Positions 37,446 to 51,425 of a stretch of 64,000 bases of DNA are shown in pieces. The translations under genes were made by a program, and so were the position numbers. Below the pieces are notes generated by a model. It was not told the origin of the DNA. It saw nothing but the letters and a program-made list of their open reading frames with translations, and ran no database searches. The stretch is from Octopus bimaculoides (taxonomy: Eukaryota), in NCBI RefSeq assembly GCF_001194135.2, contig NC_068993.1, forward strand, positions 42,811,422 through 42,875,421, in the 5' to 3' direction. Position 1 is the first letter of the stretch, and every line of letters starts with the position of its first letter.

Positions 37446-38801
37446 AATGCACTTTCTCTCCCAATCGCCCTCTTTCTTTCCTTCTCCCCTTCTCTCTCTC
37501 TCTCTCTCTCTCTTCATTTCCCTCTCTCCAGCTTTCAAATCCTGGATATGCCGGGTCAAGTGAGGGAGAAATGAAAGGTTGTCTAAATCTGCTTCCAACT
37601 ACATGAACATGTTACCACGCCTTAATTACTCGCGAATGAAAGCTGACTGTACTACTGGACTGTGGTGCAATTATGACTAGTTCAAAATGATATGATAAAG
37701 ACACATTTAAGCAAATCGATCTGATTTGAGATGGCGGTTAACAGCAGTTCGACAGGTCTTACAAGTCAATAATAACGTAATAGATGACGAAATAACAAAA
37801 CGCTAGATAGTGATGCTGACTTCCATGTACATATTTTGTGTCTCAACGGAAATGATTTGAGCTTTTGTCACCATGAAGTTGATATAATATGGTGAAAATG
37901 GTTCAAACCTTACCATAATCATAATAACCTGCGGTACCCAAGGATATTCTACGGCGCATTTTGTGATAAAGTGTCAGCCATAAATGATGTCCCCACTCGG
38001 TAATAATATCCTATTAATTCATTTATAGCCCTTTGATTAATTTCCAGGAAATATTGTTTATTCGCTTCGCACATGCATTCTCTCTCCTAGTCTGTTTATT
38101 CATTCTGCATTTCTGCATTGACAATTCTCATCCTTTCCGTATTAGCTTCAGGTTCGTTGTTCGTCGTAAACTCTTCCTTTCACTCCCTTTCTTTCTCTCT
38201 TTACCTCCCTCCCTCCATCTCTCTCTCCCTCTCTCCCTCTCTCCCTCTCTCTATCTCTCTTCCTTTCTATCCCTTTTCTCTTACACACACACTCATGCTT
38301 TTACCATCTCATTTCACCATACGACAGAGATGTTTCACACCACAGAGATGTATCATTAGCAGCTTAGGGTAACAGATTGGAAGTGAATGTTCTGTTCTTT
38401 GTGGCCAAGTGCCTCATACATGCCGCTTGCCTAAAATTTCAGGCTCCCCTCTCCTTACACCGGACAAGTGTACAGAATTTCTTTTCTGTCCATAACAAAA
38501 TAGAAAATCAAATTACATGCTTCGTTAAATTTAGTTCTACGTACCACAAATATATTTTTATACAAATCTGATTGTGACTGCAAATTCAGACAATACGAAC
38601 CACTTATATAATAACGTTGATTTTAATTACATTACATATAAACTTTCAAAATCAGCCGATTGAATGACAAAAAAGCTGCATTCATGCAATAAATAATTCA
38701 AATTTATATGTAGAAAACTATAAACCAGGATCTGACTCATCCATTTCTATCTTTTATAGTTCTCCTCCTCCCCCGCAATTTTTGCATAAATGTATTCCTA
38801 T

Positions 38802-38843
<42 letters not shown>

Positions 38844-39111
38844 CTTTGTTCTTTTGTATATTTATAAGCAAGAGGATGTAGTCATATTGACAAATGAATT
38901 TTTTTCATCACGCCATTCTACTCTTGTTTCGTTTCGTAACCGCGGACAATACGTGTTACGCATGACCTGCAACGATCGTCCCAACGGTCACAATGTTTTA
39001 TGCAAATCGTGAATATATAGACACAGAAATATGCTAATCAATTAGTAAATGTAATTAATTGTGTGAACATCGAAAATGGGAAAATCATTAGTCATGATGA
39101 AACAAAGTTTT

Positions 39112-39147
<36 letters not shown>

Positions 39148-39427
39148 NNNNNNNNNNNNNNNNNNNNNNNNNNNNNNNNNNNNNNNNNNNNNNNNNNNNN
39201 NNNNNNNNNNNNNNNNNNNNNNNNNNNNNNNNNNNNNNNNNNNNNNNNNNNNNNNNNNNNNNNNNNNNNNNNNNNNNNNNNNNNNNNNNNNNNNNNNNNN
39301 NNNNNNATATATATATTAATGTTTCCCTTATGTTGTTGGGCGTTTAAGTTATAGATAAAAAAATTAACATTAAGCTCAAGAATTACTCTATTCTTATACC
39401 CCCCATACACACATGTACAGACAAACA

Positions 39428-39466
<39 letters not shown>

Positions 39467-40558
39467 ATATGCATACCATTCATTTAGACACATATATATA
39501 TATATGTATGTATATGCACATACATAGATACGTACAGGCAGACAGATAGACAGACAGGGGGACAAACAGACAGATATGCTTGGTCAAATGATTATAAAAA
39601 AGCAAGATCAGTTTATTATGGGAGGAAAAGATATTCCGACTTCCATACATGTATCGAAACTCACTCTTTGTACTGCCATTCTACATGCTATTTGGTTCTC
39701 TTTAATTTCAGCTTTACCGTTTGTTCTAAGACTGGTTCGAATAGGTACTGCTACTTAGTGTAATTGAATACCCATAAACTTTAAAGCCAACATAATTATC
39801 AAATTTTATTAATTCTTCTTTTAATTTCTCTAAGATATTTAGTAGCGAAGCCTTTTACAGCTTCGGTAATGGTGGCAAGTGAATGATAATTTTAAAGATA
39901 ATCTAGCTGTCGACTTGTGCTGGCAACATTGTTAACGATATTACTGAGACACAGAGGATTTCAGAAAGAATTTTATTATCTAACAAGTTTGCTAATGTGT
40001 TAAATATTTAGGTTTAATGCAATAAAGAGGAACTGTTACACAGATCTGAGCACTAGATAGAAAGATGCACATCATTGGATGAAGAGTTTTAGAATAGCTT
40101 TGTTAATAACATTTCCAATCCAGTTAGAGACTATTTGTAAACCGAAGTTAGTAATTCTATTAAATTAAGAGCTAACAGTAATGAAAGAGAGCAAAGTTTA
40201 TTGAAAAAGCAGATGAGAAGAGAAATTAAGAGGAGGGACGTTGTTTGCCAGAAATTTAAAAACAGGGAAATATGGAGGTATAAATAGGGAATAACAGAGA
40301 GAAAATGTAGATTAGAGGAGACGGGCATATATGACGGGTTTAAGCATAAGAAGTATATGAGGTAAAACGGAGAAGGAAGAATATTAAATGAAATACATGA
40401 AACATGGCTACTGAGAGAAAACTAAAGCAGAGGAATAAAAGAATAAATGAATAAATGACCGAAAATTAACGAATGCATAAAATTGATACAGTAACAAAAA
40501 AATATAAAATGTAAATGCATGAAAAATTGAAAAGTCATATAAGTGAATTACTGATAAA

Positions 40559-40635
<77 letters not shown>

Positions 40636-40801
40636 NNNNNNNNNNNNNNNNNNNNNNNNNNNNNNNNNNNNNNNNNNNNNNNNNNNNNNNNNNNNNNNNN
40701 NNNNNNNNNNNNNNNNNNNNNNNNNNNNNNNNNNNNNNNNNNNNNNNNNNNNNNNNNNNNNNNNNNNNNNNNNNNNNNNNNNNNNNNNNNNNNNNNNNNN
40801 N

Positions 40802-40852
<51 letters not shown>

Positions 40853-41518
40853 AAAGCATATAACGCACACATATTAGATTCTGGCCAAAATCTGACCGTA
40901 TATATGTATAGATACTCTCACCAAAGTGTTACCTAATTCATTGAGAATTCGATAAGGTTGTTCCAATGTTATTATTCCCATGGGTGACATAGATAAATAT
41001 ACACTGACATGCTGATGATTATAGCCAAAAGCGTTTGATTGATGATCAAGGAATTCACTGCTCCAAACCAAACACCACAATTATACGCAGAAGGTCTTCT
41101 CCTAATTTATTGACTGTTCACAAAGGAGTTTGCATTTAATATACTACCTCTCATATATTTGTCTCGCTTGTAATTCTTATGAAATATATTCGGCCACTTT
41201 CCACCATATACATTACTGACATTATGGATAATATTTCCCTATTATATTTAATCAATCTTATATTTATTCTCCCGCCTACGTTTTCCATCTTTTCGGTTTC
41301 TACATTCATTCAATGATATACAGTTCTTATATTTTTCTTTCTTTCCGTATGTCGCTTTTTCTTCTGGTCGTAGAATTCCAGAATCACACTTTATAAATTA
41401 AGCATCTGGAATTTGAACACTTGTAGCTTAACACTGAAGAGATCTACCTCAAGTCATATACATACATACATACATACATACATATACACACGCAAATACA
41501 CACATAGACATACATACA

Positions 41519-41549
<31 letters not shown>

Positions 41550-41639
41550 CTTCATATCTTCTGTCTTCCACTTTTTTCAGTGATTGAACAGTAGTCATAG
41601 TTTGACATACCGATTTCAGTTCTTAATTTTTAATTTTTA

Positions 41640-41682
<43 letters not shown>

Positions 41683-41683
<1 letters not shown>

Positions 41684-41851
41684 CGACCAGGCTTCTGTCA
41701 GTTTCCGTGTACCAAATCCACTTTCAAAGTGTTAACTGGCCCGAGGCTATACTAGCAGACGCTTATGCAATGTGACATGTTGTGGGACTGAACTCAAAAC
41801 CATGATGTCATTGGAAAGCAACCTTCTTACCACATAGCCATGCCTGCTCCC
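41683..41851 (-). mobile_element. Family A SINE head
   Basis: GTTTCCGTGTACCAAATCCAC..GGGACTGAACTC..CTTACCACATAGCCATGCCTGC. Confidence 0.75.
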
Positions 41852-42297
41852 AGTCTATAGAGTATATGATTGCAAGTTCATAGAATCGGTAAACAATCGG
41901 ACAAAACGTCCCTTCAGCGCTGAAATACACTGCCAGTTCTGTTTCCTTCCTTTAAAATATTTGCTTGCCTTGAACTCTGCAAATGATCGGCGTCCCGCTT
42001 AGATCTAATGTGATGTAATTTCGATCACTCATAGGCCATGGAAACCGAGTGACCTCTAAGCCCTAGGGCTCAAGAAAAATCAAAATTCAAAATGTGTAGA
42101 GATAAGCAGACAAGGATAATTAGGTTGCATACCATAGAGTTAGAGTATTAATTGTTTTAAAATAATATTAATTATAATGCATATTAGAAAAAGACTTCAT
42201 ATTAATTTCCTATATATATATTTACACTGAGAAATAATATTCGGCTTACTGGTAGAGATGTTACAGCGAGAGGGGGACAAAATAGAAAGAGTAAGAA

Positions 42298-42339
<42 letters not shown>

Positions 42340-42409
42340 AGTATGTTTCAAATTAATGTCATCAGAATATTACTATGAATCTCTATTACGTTTTATATCA
42401 CCATCATCA

Positions 42410-42603
42410 ACCGCTGGACATGTCCCGAGTCTCAGAGTCGATTACTCGGTTTCCATGATGTATTAGACTCCTCCGTCGCAGTGTCATTCATTTACAGCTG
42501 AGTGGACTCGAGCTACAGAAACAAAAGAACACAACGCATCAGCCGCTCCGGTAATCGAAACCACGATCTTGCAAGCAGACACGGTAACCACTAGACCACG
42601 CGA
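42410..42603 (-). mobile_element. Degenerate tRNA-derived SINE (family E-like)
   Basis: Reverse complement gives CGTGGTCTAGTGGTTACC..GGTTTCGATTACCGG..GAGTCCACTCAGCTGTAAATGAATG. Confidence 0.65.
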
Positions 42604-42812
42604 TCATTGAAAATTAATATATTGCATTTCACAATTCATATTTTATTTCAGATAATGTATAACACATTGAAACTTCATTGTCCGGGCTAACTTCATTTGA
42701 AAATATCTCTGTTCTGGTGATTTGTTTTTTTTACAGATCATTCCTCCAGACTTAGTTTTATCATATTCTCAACTTTCTTTTATACTTAGTCGATCCAGTA
42801 TATTACCAGATG

Positions 42813-42848
<36 letters not shown>

Positions 42849-44109
42849 NNNNNNNNNNNNNNNNNNNNNNNNNNNNNNNNNNNNNNNNNNNNNNNNNNNN
42901 NNNNNNNNNNNNNNNNNNNNNNNNNNNNNNNNNNNNNNNNNNNNNNNNNNNNNNNNNNNNNNNNNNNNNNNNNNNNNNNNNNNNNNNNNNNNNNNNNNNN
43001 NNNNNNNNNNNNNNNNNNNNNNNNNNNNNNNNNNNNNNNNNNNNNNNNNNNNNNNNNNNNNNNNNNNNNNNNNNNNNNNNNNNNNNNNNNNNNNNNNNNN
43101 NNNNNNNNNNNNNNNNNNNNNNNNNNNNNNNNNNNNNNNNNNNNNNNNNNNNNNNNNNNNNNNNNNNNNNNNNNNNNNNNNNNNNNNNNNNNNNNNNNNN
43201 NNNNNNNNNNNNNNNNNNNNNNNNNNNNNNNNNNNNNNNNNNNNNNNNNNNNNNNNNNNNNNNNNNNNNNNNNNNNNNNNNNNNNNNNNNNNNNNNNNNN
43301 NNNNNNNNNNNNNNNNNNNNNNNNNNNNNNNNNNNNNNNNNNNNNNNNNNNNNNNNNNNNNNNNNNNNNNNNNNNNNNNNNNNNNNNNNNNNNNNNNNNN
43401 NNNNNNNNNNNNNNNNNNNNNNNNNNNNNNNNNNNNNNNNNNNNNNNNNNNNNNNNNNNNNNNNNNNNNNNNNNNNNNNNNNNNNNNNNNNNNNNNNNNN
43501 NNNNNNNNNNNNNNNNNNNNNNNNNNNNNNNNNNNNNNNNNNNNNNNNNNNNNNNNNNNNNNNNNNNNNNNNNNNNNNNNNNNNNNNNNNNNNNNNNNNN
43601 NNNNNNNNNNNNNNNNNNNNNNNNNNNNNNNNNNNNNNNNNNNNNNNNNNNNNNNNNNNNNNNNNNTGTGTGTGTTTGTGTGTGTGTGTGTGTGAATAAG
43701 TTATGGTTTTTCTATAATTGTACTGGATTATAAGCAGAAGGAAGTCATATGCATATGCTTGATTGGCCAAACACGCTCTGCAGTATAAAATAAGCTGATG
43801 CAGAAATTCGGTTTGTATTCACAATTCAAACTTTGGTACAATTCTCCCATTCAATCAATTTTGGATTCCTAAAAACTCAATACTAATATCATATGAATGT
43901 CTTCTTTATAAAGACGGGTTCGTTTTCCCATGTGATTTTTGTCAAAGGTTAGCTTTAAAGATTTTAGTATATGAATTTCTTTGCGTTAGTTTTACCAATC
44001 TTGTTACAATTCCATCGCAAACACATCTCCATCCACAGACACAAAGACTTTACATTTCTGCTGCAATCCTCGTGATTGTTTTATCCAAAAATGCTATCAC
44101 ACTATGAGG

Positions 44110-44410
44110 AGGTGTGTAGCCAAGTGGAGCCAAGTGGCTAGGCTATTGCGCTTAATATCGAAAGATCGTGCTTTCAATTCCCCGGCCGGATATTGCATTG
44201 TGTATTGGGCGAAATATTTCATTTCACATTGTTCTGCAATCACTTCGACATCTGACTTGCGACACACCATGCATCTGTATAGGCAATGTCACTTTGATGA
44301 GGAATTGTGCTAATGTACAGTACAAAAATTACATCACTATACACAAATCATTTGCGCAGCTTGTACAGAAAGAGGCTGCAGGCCCTCATCTGTAGTCTAC
44401 AATGGAAGAA
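44110..44410 (+). mobile_element. Family D tRNA-derived SINE
   Basis: GTGTGTAGCCAAGTGG..TTCAATTCCCCGG..CATTTCACATTGTTCTGCAATCACTTCGACATCTGAC..ACAAATCATTTGCGCAG, collinear with 12727-12995. Confidence 0.65.
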
Positions 44411-44461
44411 CGACCATCACAGTTTCAACTCTATCAGCTAATTAATATTCACGTTAATAGT

Positions 44462-44793
44462 CGGCAAGCAAGTAGAATCGTTAAACGCCGGGCAAAAACC
44501 TTCACGATATTTCGTTCATCTTAACGTTCTGAGTTTAAATTCCACTGGGAAAGATTTGCCTTTCATTCTTTGGGCATCGATAAAATAAGTACCAGCTCAA
44601 CCCTGGGGACAATGTAATCATCTTATCCCCTTCCCCGAAATTACTGGCCTTGTGTCGAAATTTGAAACCAATATTTACGCTTATAAAAAGACGATGAGCT
44701 AGCAGAATCTTAGCACGCCGGGGAAAATGCTTAGCGGCAATTCGTCCGTCATTTTGTTTTGAATTCAAATTCCACTGAAATCGAATTTACTCC
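44462..44793 (+). mobile_element. Two tandem family C SINE copies (second one partial)
   Basis: Heads at ~44462 and ~44690, each followed by a GAGTT(T/C)AAATTCC-type motif. Confidence 0.7.
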
Positions 44794-45129
44794 CGTTATG
44801 TCGTTAGGTCACAGAATGATCCCTGAGGGCTTGTTTGAGTAATGTTATGTGACGATAGCGGAATTTTCTTCGAAGAAGTAGTATGCCATTTATTTTCTTT
44901 TGAAAATTTACTTCAAGATACGATGTTATTGTTACGTTCAATGGTATTCAGAATGTAAACATCCAAACCACACGCTGCAAAAGGTCAAAGCATGTTGTCC
45001 AACACTAGCGAATCCTTTTCTCTTGACCTGCACTTTAGTTCTTTTTAGTTCTTTGGAAGATGGAAAAGCAAAAGAATCTCGATATGTTTTCAACTCAGGA
45101 CGTAAGGATCCGTAACAAAATATTTTGTC

Positions 45130-45452
45130 TCATACACTTGTAGACCTGCCAATCAACCGTCCCTGATTGTGGACTTTACTTCCCCAACCTGAGAGAATGA
45201 AAAGCATGATCAACCACGGGCAGATTTGAATTCAGAAAGTATAGAACCGAAGCAAATAAAACACAACGTGTTGTTCGGTACTCTATTTCTACAGGTGCAC
45301 TATCTTTGATTTAACTTCTTTATGTTGTCGACCTCTGAAAGGATGAAAAGTAAAGTCGACCTCTGTGGGATTTGAACTCAGTACGTAAAGACTCAGAACA
45401 AATAGCATAAAGCATTGTTGCTGCATACGCTAACGATTCTGCCAGTTCACCG
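45130..45452 (-). mobile_element. Family C SINE fragments
   Basis: GAAAGGATGAAAAGTAAAGTCGACCTCTGTGGGATTTGAACTCAG..GCTAACGATTCTGCCAG. Confidence 0.65.
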
Positions 45453-45659
45453 TCTAATGTAATAATTGGCTAAAAATACATCAATCCTTGTCCTTTATTG
45501 TAATTCTCTTTAGGGGTTGTATCCACCTTTATGGATGCTTTTAAAGCTTTCGCTGAACTGTTGTCATTACTGCTGTTGATTTCAGTGTTATTAACATTAT
45601 TACTGTTTCTGTTATGCGGTTACATTTACATATACATATCTGCATACGCGTGTTCGAAA

Positions 45660-45695
<36 letters not shown>

Positions 45696-46827
45696 TGTAT
45701 GTATGTATGTATGTATGTATGTATGTATGTATATAGACGCACACACACACACACATATATATTTATATGCACACACATATACATATACAAATGTAAGTAT
45801 GTATTTAAAGAGAGAGTCTTGAATATGTTAATATTTGATGTTAAGTATACCCCTGTAGTATTTGGGGAGAATACATGAGAAGAGAACTCCAGAGGGGAAA
45901 CATTTTCATATATACATAGGATTTCGAGGATACGAGAGAGGGAGTAAAAGAAACAGAGAGACAAGAAGCTGGAGTGAGAGAGAGGGAAATAGAGAGAGAG
46001 GGAAATAGAGAGAGAGAGAGGAATGATCCTACTTCAATAGGTTGTCGATAAGTTCAAAGGAATTTATATCCCAACGTGGACAGATAACAGAGGATTTCCT
46101 GGGAAATGCCTTTATATTCTAAGTGAACGAATTTTCTCGAAAGATTTCAGCTGATCGCTAACACATATCATAAACTGAAATCACATAGAGATAATTACCA
46201 TTATTGTTATGATGCCTTTTCCTTTGTTTTTGGTATTTATCTTCATGTTTTCTTGGATGACATTACTATCAATATGGCGTATTGTTTTTACTGTTGCTAT
46301 CAATATAGCTTCCGTTCTTAGTTGTTGCACTTAGTCCCTAGTGCAAACTTTCATTACAACATTGACTTCTGAAGCTTTAATCTCGTTTTCGCTTGTTGTA
46401 TTTCTCTTTGCTACTTATACGTGCCTTTTCCTTTATAACAATTGGTACAATGCTGAAATTCATCTCATGTGAGAATCCGTTACGCGAGATATTTAAGCTT
46501 ACAGAAAGACATACAGTTTCTCTCCCCCCTCATTCTCTACTTACATCACATCTCATTTCATCTCATCTCATCTCATCTCACTATATATATAAGGCAAGTT
46601 AATGAGATTAGATATAATTGTTGCACTCTTTATAATTACTGTTTCATAATTCGTTGGCTTTGCTTTCTGTTATTATATGTTGTGTTTCATATACGCTGTG
46701 CGCTGCCTTGGCCTGGCCTTGACAAAGGATAAGACTCTTATGTGTCACAATGTTCGTTCAGTTTTCAAATATGTGTGCAGTGGTTGTGTTTTGTGTATGA
46801 GTGTGTGTATGTGTCTATACGTGTGCG

Positions 46828-46880
<53 letters not shown>

Positions 46881-47564
46881 NNNNNNNNNNNNNNNNNNNN
46901 NNNNNNNNNNNNNNNNNNNNNNNNNNNNNNNNNNNNNNNNNNNNNNNNNNNNNNNNNNNNNNNNNNNNNNNNNNNNNNNNNNNNNNNNNNNNNNNNNNNN
47001 NNNNNNNNNNNNNNNNNNNNNNNNNNNNNNNNNNNNNNNNNNNNNNNNNNNNNNNNNNNNNNNNNNNNNNNNNNNNNNNNNNNNNNNNNNNNNNNNNNNN
47101 NNNNNNNNNNNNNNNNNNNNNNNNNNNNNNNNNNNNNNNNNNNNNNNNNNNNNNNNNNNNNNNNNNNNNNNNNNNNNNNNNNNNNNNNNNNNNNNNNNNN
47201 NNNNNNNNNNNNNNNNNNNNNNNNNNNNNNNNNNNNNNNNNNNNNNNNNNNNNNNNNNNNNNNNNNNNNNNNNNNNNNNNNNNNNNNNNNNNNNNNNNNN
47301 NNNNNNNNNNNNNNNNNNNNNNNNNNNNNNNNNNNNNNNNNNNNNNNNNNNNNNNNNNNNNNNNNNNNNNNNNNNNNNNNNNNNNNNNNNNNNNNNNNNN
47401 NNNNNNNNNNNNNNNNNNNNNNNNNNNNNNNNNNNNNNNNNNNNNNNNNNNNNNNNNNNNNNNNNNNNNNNNNNNNNNNNNNNNNNNNNNNNNNNNNNNN
47501 NNNNNNNNNNNNNNNNNNNNNNNNNNNNNNNNNNNNNNNNNNNNNGGGGAGTGTGGGAATCAAA

Positions 47565-47565
47565 G

Positions 47566-47608
<43 letters not shown>

Positions 47609-47634
47609 AAAGGAAAGAAACAAGGAAAGAAGGA

Positions 47635-47686
<52 letters not shown>
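47565..47686. repeat. (AAAG)n microsatellite
   Basis: Direct inspection. Confidence 0.95.
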
Positions 47687-47951
47687 GCGTAACGGAAGCA
47701 GGAAGATATCGTTGCCTTTCTTGTTAATATCTTTAACTTTAGAATTGATTGAAATATTTCAGTTTTATCTTTAGTCAGTATTGAAAATATATTTTAAAAT
47801 ACAGAGAAACCACAGTCTAGATTACAGATAATATTCTTTCAATTTATCTCCATAGAACAACCAGTAGGTGTCTTTTCCACCTAACCATAAAACCCCACAG
47901 ATCTTGGTATCTCTTTTCCTCTTCGTTGCTATTTCGTATGTCGTATATCAT

Positions 47952-48137
47952 GGCGTATAAGATGCACTGTGTTTCTTGTTTTTGCTTCCCAACCACATGG
48001 TTCCGAGTTCAGTCAAACTGCATGGCACCTAGGGCGTCTTCTACTATGGCCTTAGGCCGACCAAAACTTTCTGAGTGGATTTGCTAGACGGAAACTGAAA
48101 GAAGTCCATCGTATATGTATATATATATGTATATATG

Positions 48138-48187
<50 letters not shown>

Positions 48188-48580
48188 TGTATTTCCCCTA
48201 CCACTACGAATTTTCTTAAGCCACCGTCATTAACCTACGTGCAAGTAGGAAGTTTTCTCTCGTAAAATTAATGCCTGGAAGTTCGTTGTGACTTACTGCT
48301 GGATTGGGAACGGATCCATTTGATTTTCTTATCTGATTGTCATTAACCTAAAGTCGCTGTAAGTCACATACATTTGATAACGTTTTTGTCACTACTTGAC
48401 AACTAGGTGTTGGTGTGTTTACGCACCTATAGAATAGCGGTTCGGCAAAAAGGAACGGATAGAATAAGTACCAGGTTTTAAAAAAAACATATGAATACTG
48501 GGTGTCGATTCGGTGGACTAAAATTCTTCATGGTGGTGCCCCAGCATGGCTACGGTCTGATGACCGAAACAAGTAAAACA
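47952..48580 (+). mobile_element. Bipartite SINE (family A) interrupted by a ~183-bp insertion
   Basis: Head 47952-48112, TG hinge, 3' module split at CACTA (48202-06 / 48390-94). Confidence 0.8.
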
Positions 48581-50707
48581 TTAAATGCATAAATATACGC
48601 TGCTGAAAGTAGGGAGCGTCTAATACGCCCGTGCATCATTATGCCATCAAATACAATAATTTATACTGTTAACGGCGTAGTGGTAACGCAAGAACGTCAC
48701 AAAATCACATTTGTCCACATTCTAAATCTGATACAAGTAATCGATATTCGACACATCAATATATATANNNNNNNNNNNNNNNNNNNNNNNNNNNNNNNNN
48801 NNNNNNNNNNNNNNNNNNNNNNNNNNNNNNNNNNNNNNNNNNNNNNNNNNNNNNNNNNNNNNNNNNNNNNNNNNNNNNNNNNNNNNNNNNNNNNNNNNNN
48901 NNNNNNNNNNNNNNNNNNNNNNNNNNNNNNNNNNNNNNNNNNNNNNNNNNNNNNNNNNNNNNNNNNNNNNNNNNNNNNNNNNNNNNNNNNNNNNNNNNNN
49001 NNNNNNNNNNNNNNNNNNNNNNNNNNNNNNNNNNNNNNNNNNNNNNNNNNNNNNNNNNNNNNNNNNNNNNNNNNNNNNNNNNNNNNNNNNNNNNNNNNNN
49101 NNNNNNNNNNNNNNNNNNNNNNNNNNNNNNNNNNNNNNNNNNNNNNNNNNNNNNNNNNNNNNNNNNNNNNNNNNNNNNNNNNNNNNNNNNNNNNNNNNNN
49201 NNNNNNNNNNNNNNNNNNNNNNNNNNNNNNNNNNNNNNNNNNNNNNNNNNNNNNNNNNNNNNNNNNNNNNNNNNNNNNNNNNNNNNNNNNNNNNNNNNNN
49301 NNNNNNNNNNNNNNNNNNNNNNNNNNNNNNNNNNNNNNNNNNNNNNNNNNNNNNNNNNNNNNNNNNNNNNNNNNNNNNNNNNNNNNNNNNNNNNNNNNNN
49401 NNNNNNNNNNNNNNNNNNNNNNNNNNNNNNNNNNNNNNNNNNNNNNNNNNNNNNNNNNNNNNNNNNNNNNNNNNNNNNNNNNNNNNNNNNNNNNNNNNNN
49501 NNNNNNNNNNNNNNNNNNNNNNNNNNNNNNNNNNNNNNNNNNNNGTGCATCTCTGCATCACAGCTTGTTTATGTGTATGTGTATAAATTCAAGATCCATA
49601 TTGTGCTACATTAACTCAGTAAGCTGTTAAGGTACTCTTGGAGTCGGTGATGATGACGGCTGCTAGGGATGTAGTTCTGGTGGTGGTGGTGGTGGTAGTG
49701 GTGGTGAGTGGAGGTGGGGTGTGGTTGTGGTGCAATGGATGGGGGGGGGGGCAATACAAGTTATCTAAAATTAATGACGTTATCAAATGTACGTTACTTA
49801 CAGCGACTTTGGGTTAATCACAACCAGGTAAGGAAACCATACCGATCCGTTCTCATCCCAGCAGCAAGCTGCAGCGAACTTCCAGGCATTAACTTTATTA
49901 CAGAAGACCTCCTACTTGCAAGTAGGACATTATTTACGGTGGCTTAAGCAAATTAGCTACTCTTCCACTTCTCATTTTGTTAAAAATCTACCAGCATTCT
50001 AACAAACGGTTTATTTCTAAAAATCTTACTGACATTCTTTGACAAAAATATCACCAACAATAGGAAGCATATGTAACTGTTAAAAATATTATATTTTCTG
50101 TCACGCTATCCTGGAAGTTGCATAGCTCCCTTTTTCAATGAATGCAGAATGTGTATTCAAAGTAATTAATATAAACTGTAAGGCGTCAGCGAAGAGTTCC
50201 ATGCGAAACACACGAGTTATGAAACGTATTTTCGGTTAAAAATCGAAAGATTTGTTTTGTTTAATTCTGATGCCAGTTATTCGTTGAAGCAAGGAAGTAC
50301 GCTGCAAATCATTCTCAGGCAATATTTTTCTCGGTTTCTATTCAGTTATGTGATTCAGTAGAATGTGTTTCTTATTTAAGTAATAACAACGAGTAGGGAT
50401 GTATTCACTAGACACAGGAGACGTACAAACACATATATTTTTTTTTTCCTGTTTTGTTTTTTGTAAAAGAAAAGAAAATGTAATACAGAGAACTGAAAAG
50501 CAACTATGGAAAATAATGATGCATTTATATGCATATATATACATACATTTATATATACACACACACACACACACACATATACATACATATATATGTGCGT
50601 GTGTATGTATATATGTATATGTATTTATAGGTATATGTATACATATCCATACAAACATATATACATATATATATGCATATATATATACGCATACACATAT
50701 ATATGCA

Positions 50708-50753
<46 letters not shown>

Positions 50754-51394
50754 CGCGCGTGCGTGTGTGTGTGTGTGTCTGTGTGTNNNNNNNNNNGTGT
50801 GTGTGTCTGTGTGTGTGTCTGTGTGTGTGTGTGTGTGTGTCTGTGTGTGTGTGTGTGTCTGTGTGTGTACACTTATTATGGAATGAAACTTGTCGGAGAA
50901 TTTGCACCTGGATTTATTCAGACGCAATACTTCACGGATGATGAGGATTGTGAAAGTACATTTTTGAATATGGTGAACTTTGCGAAAAGTAGTTGCTACC
51001 AGAATGCCATAGTTGCTTTTACTTCAGCAATACAAAGTACTGAGCAAGAAAAGGGTATTTAGCAAGGTTATATGGATGATATTTTAGCAAAAGTTCTTTT
51101 CTTTTGTTCTTTATTTCTGTAGTTGCTTTGAGTATTTCTCCATCCGGCAAAAATTCTGTCAATTCCATAGAACTCAGATAACCATTATGTATGTAATTCT
51201 AATAGGATTCCTGTGAAAATGGTTGGCAAGAACAAGAACCTACGCAACACAGTATATGCATATTATATGAACTAAGAAATCAACGTTCCTATTTCTTACT
51301 TTCTGAACTTTTCTTTCTTCTCTTACGTTTTTGCCTTTACATTTTTCTGTCTGTCTCTCTCTCTCTTTACCCCCTCTCTCTAACACTCTTTAGA

Positions 51395-51425
<31 letters not shown>

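Noticed and set aside
43760-43815. ATTGG plus TATAAAA promoter-like arrangement (also TATATAAAAG at ~35400)
   Set aside because: Such words are expected by chance in AT-rich DNA; no good initiator or downstream gene.
48557-48576. CTGATGA-CC-GAAAC-AA-GTA in a SINE tail
   Set aside because: No stem II or stem I; it is a point variant of the ordinary tail AATGACTGAAACAAGTA.
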